NCBI GenBank assembly: GCA_965198045.1
Contig: CBDAOL010000007.1
Span: forward strand, 57,612 to 121,611
Direction: 5' to 3'
Source: Dehalococcoidia bacterium
GTDB lineage: Bacteria; Chloroflexota; Dehalococcoidia; UBA2979
Length of the DNA: 64,000 nucleotides
The notes under the pieces are model-generated. The model was not told the origin of the DNA, did not search any database, and saw only the letters and a list, made by a program, of their open reading frames with translations. This document shows, piece after piece, positions 27,936 to 36,978 of the stretch; the first letter of the stretch is position 1, and the number at the start of each line of letters is the position of its first letter. The position numbers and the translations under genes were made by a program.

Positions 27936-28886
27936 GGCTGCGTCAGATCTGAGGGCTCGAGCTGTGAGGTTTAGCCTCGTCTGAGCATGGACGAGGAGAC
28001 ATCGGTGAACTGTCCGCACTGTGCATCCGCCGCCACGACCAGACGCCAGGCGCGCACGACGCTCGGCTACCGGCGGTTCAACTGCCGCTCGTGCAAGCGT
28101 CGCTTCAACGAGCGAACCGGCACGCCGTTCAACCATCTTCAGGTCCCGACCGACGTGGTGCTCCTCGCGGTGCTGTGGCGTCTGCGCTACAAGCTGAGTT
28201 TCCGCGACGTGGCAGAGATGCTCCTCCAGCGCGGTGTTGAGGTCACGCACGAGACCATCCGGGAGTGGGAGTTTCGATTCGCCCCACTGCTCGCCGGCCA
28301 GCTCCGCGCCAAGCGACGAGCCCGAGCCGGCGAGTCCTGGTACCTCGACGAGACGTACGTGAAGGTCGCTGGGCGCTGGTGCTACCTCTACCGAGCGATC
28401 GACGGCGACGGAGAACTGATCGATTCGATGCTGAGCGAGCGTCGAGACAAGCATGCCGCGCGGAGGTTCTTGCGGAGACTGGTCGAGATCACCGAACGCA
28501 AGCCCGCACGGATCACGACCGACCTGCACCCCGCTTACCGACGGGCGATCCGCTGGATCATCGGCCGCAAGGCTTGGCATCGCACGACGCAGTACCTCAA
28601 CAACTACACCGAGCAGAGTCACCGAGCGGTGAAGCAGCGCTACTACCCGATGCAGGGCTTCGGGAGCTTCGAGTCCGCGTCGCGCTTCTGTAGCGCGTTC
28701 GATGAGCTGCGACAGTACTTCCGCGTCCGCCGCCGCAGTGGCGCCCATGTCGCGTTGACAGAGCAGCGACGGCTCTTCCTCACACGCTGGCACTCGCTGA
28801 TCAGCGAACTGGCTGCAGCATAGACCAGCAGCGACATCGCCTTGTGGCGCCTAAGGGTCGACGCGCCCTGAGATTCTGACACTGCC
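27936..28886 (+). mobile_element. IS6-family insertion sequence, copy B (951 bp)
   Basis: Same ends as copy A, with a 1-nt insertion in the right inverted repeat (GAGATTCTGACA). The flanking 8-mers GCTAAAGG and GTGACGAA do not match. Confidence 0.9.
27987..28823 (+). CDS. IS6-family transposase
   Basis: 278-aa ORF differing from copy A at about 4 residues. Confidence 0.9.
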   Translation: MDEETSVNCPHCASAATTRRQARTTLGYRRFNCRSCKRRFNERTGTPFNHLQVPTDVVLLAVLWRLRYKLSFRDVAEMLLQRGVEVTHETIREWEFRFAPLLAGQLRAKRRARAGESWYLDETYVKVAGRWCYLYRAIDGDGELIDSMLSERRDKHAARRFLRRLVEITERKPARITTDLHPAYRRAIRWIIGRKAWHRTTQYLNNYTEQSHRAVKQRYYPMQGFGSFESASRFCSAFDELRQYFRVRRRSGAHVALTEQRRLFLTRWHSLISELAAA

Positions 28887-28888
28887 GT

Positions 28889-29152
28889 GACGAAGCCTTC
28901 GCGCGCTGGATGACGACCGCCACCCCGTTCCTCTCAGCGCACGGCGCTCAGGTGCTCTATGCTGGTAGCATCGCGGAGTTGCTCGTTGGGGATGTGGGTG
29001 GCACGTGGGATCGGATGGTCCTGATCCAGTATCCGACCCGCCAGGCGGTCCTCGACTTGGCGGCGGATCCCGCGTTCCGGGAGGCCGTGCCGCAGCGCGA
29101 CGCGATCGTGGCCGCCCAGGTCTTGTACGCGACCGACCCCAGCGGGGACTGA
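28889..29152 (+). pseudogene. DUF1330 family protein, N-terminally truncated by IS6 copy B
   Basis: DEAFARWMTTATPFLSAHGAQVLYAG...VLIQYPTRQAVLDLAADPAFREA matches the interior and C-terminus of DUF1330. The frame is open back to the IS end. Confidence 0.6.
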
Positions 29153-29337
29153 CGCGGCCGTCACGCGTGTGGTCCAAGGCCCGGCAGGTCCATGTGCGAG
29201 CTGTCGCGAGCCCCGCACGCGCAACCTGATGAGCGCGACGCTCCCGGAGCACATGCGGGCGGCGCAGGTAGCGGTCTCGCTTGGGGGCGGGTCGGTGCTC
29301 ATGGCCATCGGATCGTTGTTGTCCGGGGGGTGACGTG

Positions 29338-30249
29338 ATGAAGTTTGGCGCGCAGGTCAGTTGCTACCGCACGACATGGGACGACATCCGCGCGGTGGTG
29401 GAGACGATGGAGGCGGGGCGCTGGCACAGCCTCTACCACGCCGACCACTTCGTGAACGCTCCGAGGAGCGATGAGCCGCTGACTATGTATGAGGGCTACA
29501 CGGCCATCGCCGCCTCCGCGGCGATCACAGAGCGACTGCGCCTCGGGCATCTCGTGCTTGGCAACACCTACCGCAATCCAGCGCTCGTCGCGAAGATGGC
29601 CGCGAACATCGACCAGATCTCGCACGGCCGCTTCACGCTCGCTATCGGCGCGGGCTGGTTCCGGCGCGAGCACGAGGCATACGGCTGGGTGTTCCCATCG
29701 ATGCGCGAGCGTTCGGACCGCCTCGAGGAGGCGGCAGCGCTGATCCGCCAGCTGTTCACCGCCGACGGCCCGGTCACCCTCGAGGGCCAGTATTACCAGC
29801 TCGACGAGGCGCCGCTGTCGCCCCGGAGCTTCGACGCGCCGATCCCGCTGATGATCGGTGGCACCGGACCGAAGCGGACGCTGCGCACGCTCGCCATGTA
29901 CGGCGACGTGTTCAACCTCGACGGCTTCGCGCGTCGCGGGATGTCGGTGGAGTTGCTGCGGGAGAAGCGAGAGATCCTCGAGCGGCACTGCGAGCGCGTC
30001 GGGCGCGATCCGGACGAGATCCGCATCACGATGCTAGTGCCCACGAAGCTGACCAACGACCAGGCCGAGGCGGACGAGTTCATCGAGCTGATCGGCCCGA
30101 AGACGGTCGCTGGCAGCGCTGACTACATCGCGCAGCGCCTCGGCGAGTTCGCCGCTGAGGGCGTGGACGAGGTGATGTTCGGCCGCCTGCCCAACACCGT
30201 CGAGGACTTCCAGCGCTTCGAAGAAGAGGTGATCGCCCAGTTCGACTAG
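29338..30249 (+). CDS. LLM-class F420-dependent oxidoreductase
   Basis: MKFGAQV..., LYHADHF, LGHLVLGNTYRNPALVAKMAANIDQISHGRFTLAIGAGW. Confidence 0.85.
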   Translation: MKFGAQVSCYRTTWDDIRAVVETMEAGRWHSLYHADHFVNAPRSDEPLTMYEGYTAIAASAAITERLRLGHLVLGNTYRNPALVAKMAANIDQISHGRFTLAIGAGWFRREHEAYGWVFPSMRERSDRLEEAAALIRQLFTADGPVTLEGQYYQLDEAPLSPRSFDAPIPLMIGGTGPKRTLRTLAMYGDVFNLDGFARRGMSVELLREKREILERHCERVGRDPDEIRITMLVPTKLTNDQAEADEFIELIGPKTVAGSADYIAQRLGEFAAEGVDEVMFGRLPNTVEDFQRFEEEVIAQFD

Positions 30250-30451
30250 GGGCCCGCGTCTCTCTTCGCGAGCTCTGACGATCGCGCGACGCCCCGCCGC
30301 GACAGACGAGACCGATCGAGGAGCAGCCCATGCGCGAGCCAGCAGCGGCACCGAAACCGATCCGCAACGACGTGATGCAGCCCGCGGAGGAGGTGCTGGT
30401 GCTGCGTGACCACGCGCTCCGGCTCGGCTCGCACCGTCAGTACTTCGAGTG

Positions 30452-31401
30452 GGCTGCGTCAGATCTGAGGGCTCGAACTGTGAGGTTTAGCCTCGTCTGA
30501 GCATGGACGAGGAGACATCGGTGAACTGTCCGCACTGTGCATCCGCCGCCACGACCAGACGCCAGGCGCGCACGACGCTCGGCTACCGGCGGTTCAACTG
30601 CCGCTCGTGCAAGCGTCGCTTCAACGAGCGAACCGGCACGCCGTTCAACCATCTTCAGGTCCCGACCGACGTGGTGCTCCTCGCGGTGCTGTGGCGTCTG
30701 CGCTACAAGCTGAGTTTCCGCGACGTGGCAGAGATGCTCCTCCAGCGCGGTGTTGAGGTCACGCACGAGACCATCCGGGAGTGGGAGTTTCGATTCGCCC
30801 CACTGCTCGCCGGCCAGCTCCGCGCCAAGCGACGAGCCCGAGCCGGCGAGTCCTGGTACCTCGACGAGACGTACGTGAAGGTCGCTGGGCGCTGGTGCTA
30901 CCTCTACCGAGCGATCGACGGCGACGGAGAACTGATCGATTCGATGCTGAGCGAGCGTCGAGACAAGCATGCCGCGCGGAGGTTCTTGCGGAGACTGGTC
31001 GAGATCACCGAACGCAAGCCCGCACGGATCACGACCGACCTGCACCCCGCTTACCGACGGGCGATCCGCTGGATCATCGGCCGCAAGGCTTGGCATCGCA
31101 CGACGCAGTACCTCAACAACTACACCGAGCAGAGTCACCGAGCGGTGAAGCAGCGCTACTACCCGATGCAGGGCTTCGGGAGCTTCGAGTCCGCGTCGCG
31201 CTTCTGTAGCGCGTTCGATGAGCTGCGACAGTACTTCCGCGTCCGCCGCCGCGGTGGCGCCCATGTCGCGTTGACAGAGCAGCGACGGCTCTTCCTCACA
31301 CGCTGGCACTCGCTGATCAGCGAACTGGCTGCAGCATAGACCACCAGCGACGTCGCCTTGTGGCGCCTAAGGGTCGACGCGCCCTGAGATCTGACACTGC
31401 C
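30452..31401 (+). mobile_element. IS6-family insertion sequence, copy C (950 bp)
   Basis: Same ends as copies A and B, in direct orientation with B. The flanking 8-mers TTCGAGTG and GTGGTAAA do not match. Confidence 0.9.
30503..31339 (+). CDS. IS6-family transposase
   Basis: 278-aa ORF, one residue different from copy B. Confidence 0.9.
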   Translation: MDEETSVNCPHCASAATTRRQARTTLGYRRFNCRSCKRRFNERTGTPFNHLQVPTDVVLLAVLWRLRYKLSFRDVAEMLLQRGVEVTHETIREWEFRFAPLLAGQLRAKRRARAGESWYLDETYVKVAGRWCYLYRAIDGDGELIDSMLSERRDKHAARRFLRRLVEITERKPARITTDLHPAYRRAIRWIIGRKAWHRTTQYLNNYTEQSHRAVKQRYYPMQGFGSFESASRFCSAFDELRQYFRVRRRGGAHVALTEQRRLFLTRWHSLISELAAA

Positions 31402-31403
31402 GT

Positions 31404-31619
31404 GGTAAAGCGGCCCGAGGTGGAAAGCCGAGGACCCTCATCGTCGGACTGACCGGCAGTGCCTTCGAAATCGACGCGGTACTAAAGCGCTGCAAGCGTC
31501 ACATCGGCGCAGGGGGCACGCGGCAGGGCAATGTCTTGCTGCTGCAGGGTGACCACCGCGAGAAGCTGCGAACCTTCCTCGAAGCGGATGGCTACCAGGT
31601 CAAGTTGGCTGGCGGATAG
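31404..31619 (+). pseudogene. SUI1/YciH translation-factor family protein, N-terminally truncated by IS6 copy C
   Basis: GKAARGGKPRTLIVGL...LKRCKRHIGAGGTRQGNVLLLQGDHREKLRTFLEADGYQVKLAGG matches the SUI1 C-terminal two-thirds. The frame is open to the IS end. Confidence 0.7.
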
Positions 31620-31667
31620 CGCCACCGGTCCCGTAGACTGCCGCGAGCGTTCGGCTGAGGGGGCGTC

Positions 31668-32852
31668 GTGGTGGCTCGGGGCCCCGTTGAGGGAGCGTTG
31701 GCGGGCGTACGCGTGCTCGACCTCACTGACGAGCGCGCGATCCATGGAGCGCGCCTGCTCGCCGACCTCGGCGCCGACGTGATCCGCGTCGAGCTACCAG
31801 GCGGCGACCCGCTCCGCCGGCGCGGTCCCTTCACGGCGGCCGACGCCGATGGCGAGGGCGAGGCTGGCCGCTCGCTCTGGTACGCGCTCTACGCTTCCAA
31901 CCGCCGCTTCGTCACCGTCGACGTCGAGACGGCGCGCGGACGCCGGCTGCTCGCGGAGCTCGTCGGCTGGGCCGACGTCGTGATCGACTGCGGCCAGCTC
32001 GCGCGCGGCGGGCTCGACGCGGGCGCGCTCGTCGAGGCGCGGCCAGCGCTCGTGGTGGTGCGCGTCACGTCGTTCGGGCCCGACGGTCCGTGGGCCGAGC
32101 TGCTCGCGCCGGAGCTCGTGGCCGCGGCGCTCGGTGGCTTCGCGGCTACGACGGGAGACGCTGGCACGCCGCCGCTGACGGGGTTCGGCGAGCTCAACTT
32201 CATCACCTCCGGCACCTACGCCGCGATCGCGGCGCTCACCGCGCTGCGCCACGTGCGCGAGACCGACGCCGCCGGCGGCCAGGTCGTCGACGTGCCGGTG
32301 CACGCGGCGATCGCCTCCTGCCTCGAGCACGTGCTGATGTTCCACTGGTATCAGCAGGGTCGCGTGCTGCGGCGACAGGGCTCGGTGCACTGGAGCTCTG
32401 CCTACGAGGTGATGGCGGCGCGCGGCGGGCACGTGATGGTGACGCCGACGCCCGACATCGAGCGCAACATCGCCTGGCTCGTCGAGGAGGGCGCCCACGA
32501 GGACCTGCTCGACGAGCGCTACCAGGATCCGGCCAACCTCCAGCAATTCATCGCCCGCCTCATGAAGGTGCTGCGAGCGTGGGTCGCCACGAAGGAGGCG
32601 GAGCCGTTCTTCTTCGAGGCGCAGGCGCGCCACCACCCCTACGGCCTCGTGCTCTCGCCCGCCGAGGTCGCGACGAACGAGCAGCTCGCCGCGCGCGACT
32701 GGTGGGCGCGCTACGAGGTCGACGGCGCGACCGTGCGCGGCCCCGGCGCGCCGTACCACTTGAGCGCCACGCCCTGGGCGCTGCGCCGCGGCGACGCCCC
32801 GGCCGGGGCACAGAGCGACGAGGTGTTGGCGGAGATCGGTTGGGACGAATGA
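31668..32852 (+). CDS. Family III CoA-transferase, upstream subunit of the second tandem pair
   Basis: LAGVRVLDLTDERAIHGARLLADLGADVIRVE signature. GTG start. Confidence 0.85.
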   Translation: MVARGPVEGALAGVRVLDLTDERAIHGARLLADLGADVIRVELPGGDPLRRRGPFTAADADGEGEAGRSLWYALYASNRRFVTVDVETARGRRLLAELVGWADVVIDCGQLARGGLDAGALVEARPALVVVRVTSFGPDGPWAELLAPELVAAALGGFAATTGDAGTPPLTGFGELNFITSGTYAAIAALTALRHVRETDAAGGQVVDVPVHAAIASCLEHVLMFHWYQQGRVLRRQGSVHWSSAYEVMAARGGHVMVTPTPDIERNIAWLVEEGAHEDLLDERYQDPANLQQFIARLMKVLRAWVATKEAEPFFFEAQARHHPYGLVLSPAEVATNEQLAARDWWARYEVDGATVRGPGAPYHLSATPWALRRGDAPAGAQSDEVLAEIGWDE

Positions 32853-34063
32853 GCTCCGGGCCGCCATCAGCCCCATCCGCGGGGCCGCTCGTCGGCGTGC
32901 GCGTGCTCGACTTCACGCACGTCCTCGCCGGGCCCTTCGCGACCCGGATCATGGGCGATCTCGGCGCCGACGTGGTGAAGGTGGGATCGGCCGCGCGTCC
33001 CGGCAACACGCCGGGGAGGCCCTCCTACACGATGTGGAATCGGAACAAGCGCTCGCTCGCCCTCGACATGCGGGTCGAGGAGGCGCGGGCGATCTGTCGC
33101 CGGCTCTGCGAGCGTGCCGACATCGTGATCGAGAACTTCTCGGTCGGCGTGCTCGACCGCTGGGGCGTGGCGTACGAGACGGTGAGCGCCGCCAACCCCG
33201 GCGTGATCTACCTCAACATGTCGGGCGTCGGCGCCGACGGGCCCTGGGCCGACTTCGTCACCTACGCGCCCACGATCCACGCGCTGTCGGGGCTGACGGC
33301 GCTCACCGGGGTGCCCGACCACGCGCCGATCGGCATCGGCGTCTCGTTCAACGACCACCTCGCCGGCCTGCACGCCACCGTGGCGGCGCTGGCCGCGCTC
33401 GAGGCGCGGCGCCGCAGCGGGCGCGGCCAGCGCATCGACCTCTCGCAGCTCGAGGTCGGTGCGAGCATGGCTGGCATCGCGCTCATCGACCACTTCGCGA
33501 ACGGCCGCACCGCGGCGGCCCGCGGGAACGCGCCAGCCTACGACGCCGTGGCGCCGCATAACTGCTACCCCTGCGCCGGCGACGACCGCTGGGTCGCGAT
33601 CGTCGCCGCTTCCGACGCGCAGTGGTGGTCGCTGCGCACGCTCATGGGCGAGCCGGCGTGGGCCACCGACGCGCGCTTCGACACCGCGGCCGGGCGCGCC
33701 GCGCACGTGGCCGACCTCGACGCCGGGATCGCGGCGTGGACGCGCGGGCTCGCCGCCGAGGTGGTGCAGGCGCGCTGCCAGGAGGTGGGGGTGCCCGCCG
33801 GCGTCGTCCAGGACGGCGCCGACCTCGCCGAGCGCGACCCCCAGCTGCGGCACCTCGGCTTCATCGCGCACACTGACGACGCTGGACCGGAGGGCACCCC
33901 GCTGCCGATCGACGCGCTGCCGCTGCTGTTCTCGCGCACGCCCGTGCCGCGCTACCGCGCTCCGCGCGCGCTCGGCGCCGACACCGCCGACGTGCTCGCC
34001 GAGTGGGCGGGGCTGGGTGCCGAGGAGATCGCGTCCGCCGAGGCTCAGGGCGCGCTCAGCTGA
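32849..34063 (+). CDS. Family III CoA-transferase, downstream subunit of the second tandem pair
   Basis: LVGVRVLDFTHVLAGPFATRIMGDLGADVVKV signature. ATG 32849 overlaps the upstream stop (ATGA). Only the last 404 codons of ORF 32090..34063 are genuine. Confidence 0.85.
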   Translation: MSSGPPSAPSAGPLVGVRVLDFTHVLAGPFATRIMGDLGADVVKVGSAARPGNTPGRPSYTMWNRNKRSLALDMRVEEARAICRRLCERADIVIENFSVGVLDRWGVAYETVSAANPGVIYLNMSGVGADGPWADFVTYAPTIHALSGLTALTGVPDHAPIGIGVSFNDHLAGLHATVAALAALEARRRSGRGQRIDLSQLEVGASMAGIALIDHFANGRTAAARGNAPAYDAVAPHNCYPCAGDDRWVAIVAASDAQWWSLRTLMGEPAWATDARFDTAAGRAAHVADLDAGIAAWTRGLAAEVVQARCQEVGVPAGVVQDGADLAERDPQLRHLGFIAHTDDAGPEGTPLPIDALPLLFSRTPVPRYRAPRALGADTADVLAEWAGLGAEEIASAEAQGALS

Positions 34064-34182
34064 AGCCACGGTCCGCCGTCAACGCGAACCCACGAGTATC
34101 CAAGCATATCACGCAGCTAGGTGACCTTAGCCTGTTTACAAAGTGCCAGGGTCGCTTCATCCGGCTGGGTTGATGTTTCCGA

Positions 34183-34265
34183 GGGGGGGTAGCGGACGAC
34201 TACCGGTGCCGAACACGAACCGGATATCCGGCGTTCGGCTGTTCGGAGCGCTATCCAACCCCCCC
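34183..34265. other. Nested inverted-repeat element (possible structured RNA or DNA cruciform)
   Basis: GGGGGGGTAGCG (34183-34194) pairs with CGCTA..CCCCCCC (34249-34265). Inside it, GCCGAAC (34208-34214) pairs with GTTCGGC (34233-34239) around the palindrome CCGGATATCCGG (34220-34231). It lies in an ~800-nt stretch with no convincing ORF. Confidence 0.4.
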
Positions 34266-34816
34266 GACGTACTGCCGGGAAGTCGATCACCCGGTGCGGC
34301 CGAGCGTGACGCAGGCTGTTCAGTGTCTTGCGCTAGTGTGGCGCGCAACGGTCACTCAACTAGCACCAGTGTTCAGAGCACGTTCAGCGCGAGCGCGTCG
34401 CCGATCGTCGGCTTCGCCCTTGGCGCCGGACGGTGCTGGCGACCGACGCATCGGATCCCCCCGATTGCGCCCAGGCGGCAGGGCGGTGTGTTCCCTCATC
34501 CGAATCGGTTTCGATCCCCGACGGTGATCTCAGCGCGTCTGCAGCGCGTCTTGCGGGCGCGGCTCGGTGGGTCGCTAGAGGTCCACCACCGGCAGCTCTC
34601 CGAGCGCGGTCATGGCGTCCACGTATGCGTCGTGCTGCAGGAGCTCCCGAAGCTGCTCGGCAGGGTCTGCGACTTCGCTGACGCTTGCGCGCTTCTCGTC
34701 GTACACGATCACGCGCTCGTCCTCGGTCATCGTGGGCGTCTAGAGTGTCGCGGTCGCGATGAGTCGCCGAGTCTCAACTAGCCAAGCATCCCCTCGCGCC
34801 CTCGCGCATGGGCCCG

Positions 34817-34832
34817 GGGGTGCGGGTTGCTA
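34817..34832 (+). repeat. 16-nt direct repeat GGGGTGCGGGTTGCTA, copy 1
   Basis: Identical 16-mer at 35852-35867, with partly similar upstream context (GCGC.T...CCCGG). Confidence 0.6.
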
Positions 34833-34864
34833 CCACCTCGCCCGCGGTCTCGGGCCGTGCCGCG

Positions 34865-35478
34865 CTACTCGTCGAGCCCTTGGTTCCACAGGTGCAACAA
34901 AGACGCGAGTTCCTCAAGCGCTTCGGGGCGCTGATCGCTGCTTGCTCCGTCAGCGTGCACCTGAGCGTCTAGGAACGGTCGGAAGACGTTGGCGCCAAGC
35001 ATGATGAAAGCTACTGCCTCGGCAACTACCAGTGGGTCGAATTTTGGAGGCGACCCGGATCCGTAGGCGCGAGCGACCGCGGCTTTAATTTCATCGAACT
35101 GCAGGTCGAGTTCGGCGACATCGCGGCCGTTGAGGAGCCACCACACTAACAACCGCGTGTATGCCGGATGCTCTCGGTGGAACCGCATGAGTCGACGGAC
35201 CGAAAGCCGAACATCGGAGGATCCCCTAGCGATCTCCACACGCCGTTCCGCGAGATCCTCAATCGTGGCTGCGACTAAGGCGTCCTTGGTGCGGAAGTAC
35301 CGGTGAAGGAAGGCCTGGCTGACGTTCGCCCGATCGGCGATCTGTTGCAGCGTGACAGGTCAGGCAGGGACCGTTCAAAGAGCTCTTCTGCGGCTCGGAG
35401 CAAAGCGGCCTGCACAGCTTCACGGCCTCGGGGGCGCGGTTTCTCTCCCGGAGCACTCTTCACCAGCCGGCCCTTCAA
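34865..35478 (-). pseudogene. TetR/AcrR family regulator with one frameshift in the HTH
   Basis: ORF 35275..35478 gives ...AALLRAAEELFERSLPD. The HTH continues as VTLQQIADRANVSQAFLHRYFRTKDAL in the frame of ORF 34865..35239. The switch is at the GG/CC run near 35355-35362. Confidence 0.7.
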
Positions 35479-35851
35479 TACACCTCAGGTCGTACCACTT
35501 GTCTTTATACAGGCCCCAACTCGTTCGGGGGCCCTGGGGGCTGGCCTCGCACGCGCGCGGGCCAGGGAGTCGAACAACGACGGGGCAGAACGGTTGGGGG
35601 CGGCAACATGGAGCCGCCCAGTCCCCCCGCCTCTCCCTGAGGGGGGAGGGGGTCACTCATTCCGACAGATACGGATCGCGTGCCGACGAGGGGACTGGAA
35701 AGCGAGTGTAGTCAGCTACATACCTACGCGTCAACATTACGGTCGCCAGCGTCGCGGCGGAGCTGTGGCGGGTTCCTCAACCAGTCTTTCACTGGGATTC
35801 TGCTGTTCGTCCTTGGACTGTGGGTTGTCGTTGCGCGTAACGACCCCCGGT

Positions 35852-35867
35852 GGGGTGCGGGTTGCTA
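35852..35867 (+). repeat. 16-nt direct repeat GGGGTGCGGGTTGCTA, copy 2
   Basis: See copy 1. The two copies bracket the TetR pseudogene. Confidence 0.6.
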
Positions 35868-36034
35868 GGTTGACCACGCGATGAACCGGGGTGGCGCTCC
35901 CCGGACTCAAAACCGCGGAAGCCCGACCTCACCGGACCGCCCGTGCTTGCGTAGCTTTAGTGGTCGGCGCTGATGGGGAGCCCGCCGACGGTCCTCGTCG
36001 CGCAGCATAAACTCCAACGAAGCATCCGCCGAAC

Positions 36035-36784
36035 TCAGCGGCTCGTCAGCTGCTCAACGGTCGCCTTCTCGAAGTGCAACTGCTCGTGCGTGACCCCGAC
36101 GCTCCCGTCGCTGCGGAGGTCGACGAGCGCGACGCTGCCCGGGCCGAAGACGGGCGAACTCGACCCGCTGTACGCCAGTGTCATCGCGCCGAAGCGTGCT
36201 GTCTCTGGCGCGTGACGGTGGCCCAGCGCTAGGTAGTCGACGCTCGCTAGCGCCTCCGCGTGGCGTTCGAGGACGATCGGTGAGCTACGAGTGCCCTCGG
36301 GTGGGTTGAGCTCGCCGTGCGCGAGGACGATCGACCACCGGCCGTGATCGCGTGCGCCGGGCAGGTGCGCCAACGGGTCGTTCGCCGGAGTGTGCTCTGG
36401 CATCCCTCGACCCCATACCCTGACCGCACCGTCAAGCAAGTCGACGGCGCGTCCGCCGGGCTCGTCGATGTAGATGTGCCCGTCTGCCGCGAGCGCCGCG
36501 AGTCCGCCGAAGGCATCGCCGTCGCTCTCGGAGTAGCGGATGTCGTGGTTCCCGGGGATCGCGACCAAGGGCAGCGGCAGGCCCCTGAACTCCTCGGCCA
36601 CGGCCTCGATGAGCTCGGCCGGCTGGTTCGCGGAGTCGAACAAGTCGCCCGCGACAATCACCGCCTCAGCCGCCGCGGCCTCGGCGAATCGGGCGAGCGC
36701 CCGGATCGTTTCGAACGCTTCCGTGGGATACGTCCGGTGGAAGTGGAGGTCCGAGGTGTGGAGGATGCGAATGGGCCTGCGCAT
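36035..36784 (-). CDS. Calcineurin-like metallophosphoesterase
   Basis: ILHTSDLHF, VIVAGDLFD, IPGNHD, VLAHGE, LGHRH motifs. Confidence 0.8.
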   Translation of the reverse strand: MRRPIRILHTSDLHFHRTYPTEAFETIRALARFAEAAAAEAVIVAGDLFDSANQPAELIEAVAEEFRGLPLPLVAIPGNHDIRYSESDGDAFGGLAALAADGHIYIDEPGGRAVDLLDGAVRVWGRGMPEHTPANDPLAHLPGARDHGRWSIVLAHGELNPPEGTRSSPIVLERHAEALASVDYLALGHRHAPETARFGAMTLAYSGSSSPVFGPGSVALVDLRSDGSVGVTHEQLHFEKATVEQLTSR

Positions 36785-36978
36785 GACTCGAGTCTAGGGT
36801 CCGCCCAGTTCGCGGTCGATGGGGGCTCGCCGCTGTGATGCTGCACGCGAGCGATCAAGTATCGAGCGCCGGATGTGGGCCGTGAGCGAGCAACTCCGGC
36901 TGCGGGTCCATAAAGCTCGGAGTACTATCGCCTCCGCCAGGCGGTCGAATCAGGACAGGTCGCTGTAGCCGAGGTAGC

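Noticed and set aside
30329-30451. 41-codon ORF (MREPAAAPKPIRNDVMQPAEEVLVLRDH...) running into IS6 copy C.
   Set aside because: Probably the 5' stub of a gene truncated by the IS, but too short to assign or to separate from chance.
34575-34730. 51-codon minus-strand ORF (MTEDERVIVYDEKRASVSEVADPAEQLRELL...).
   Set aside because: It is plausible as a small acidic protein or antitoxin-like peptide. There is no partner gene, no motif and no obvious RBS, so it was left uncalled.
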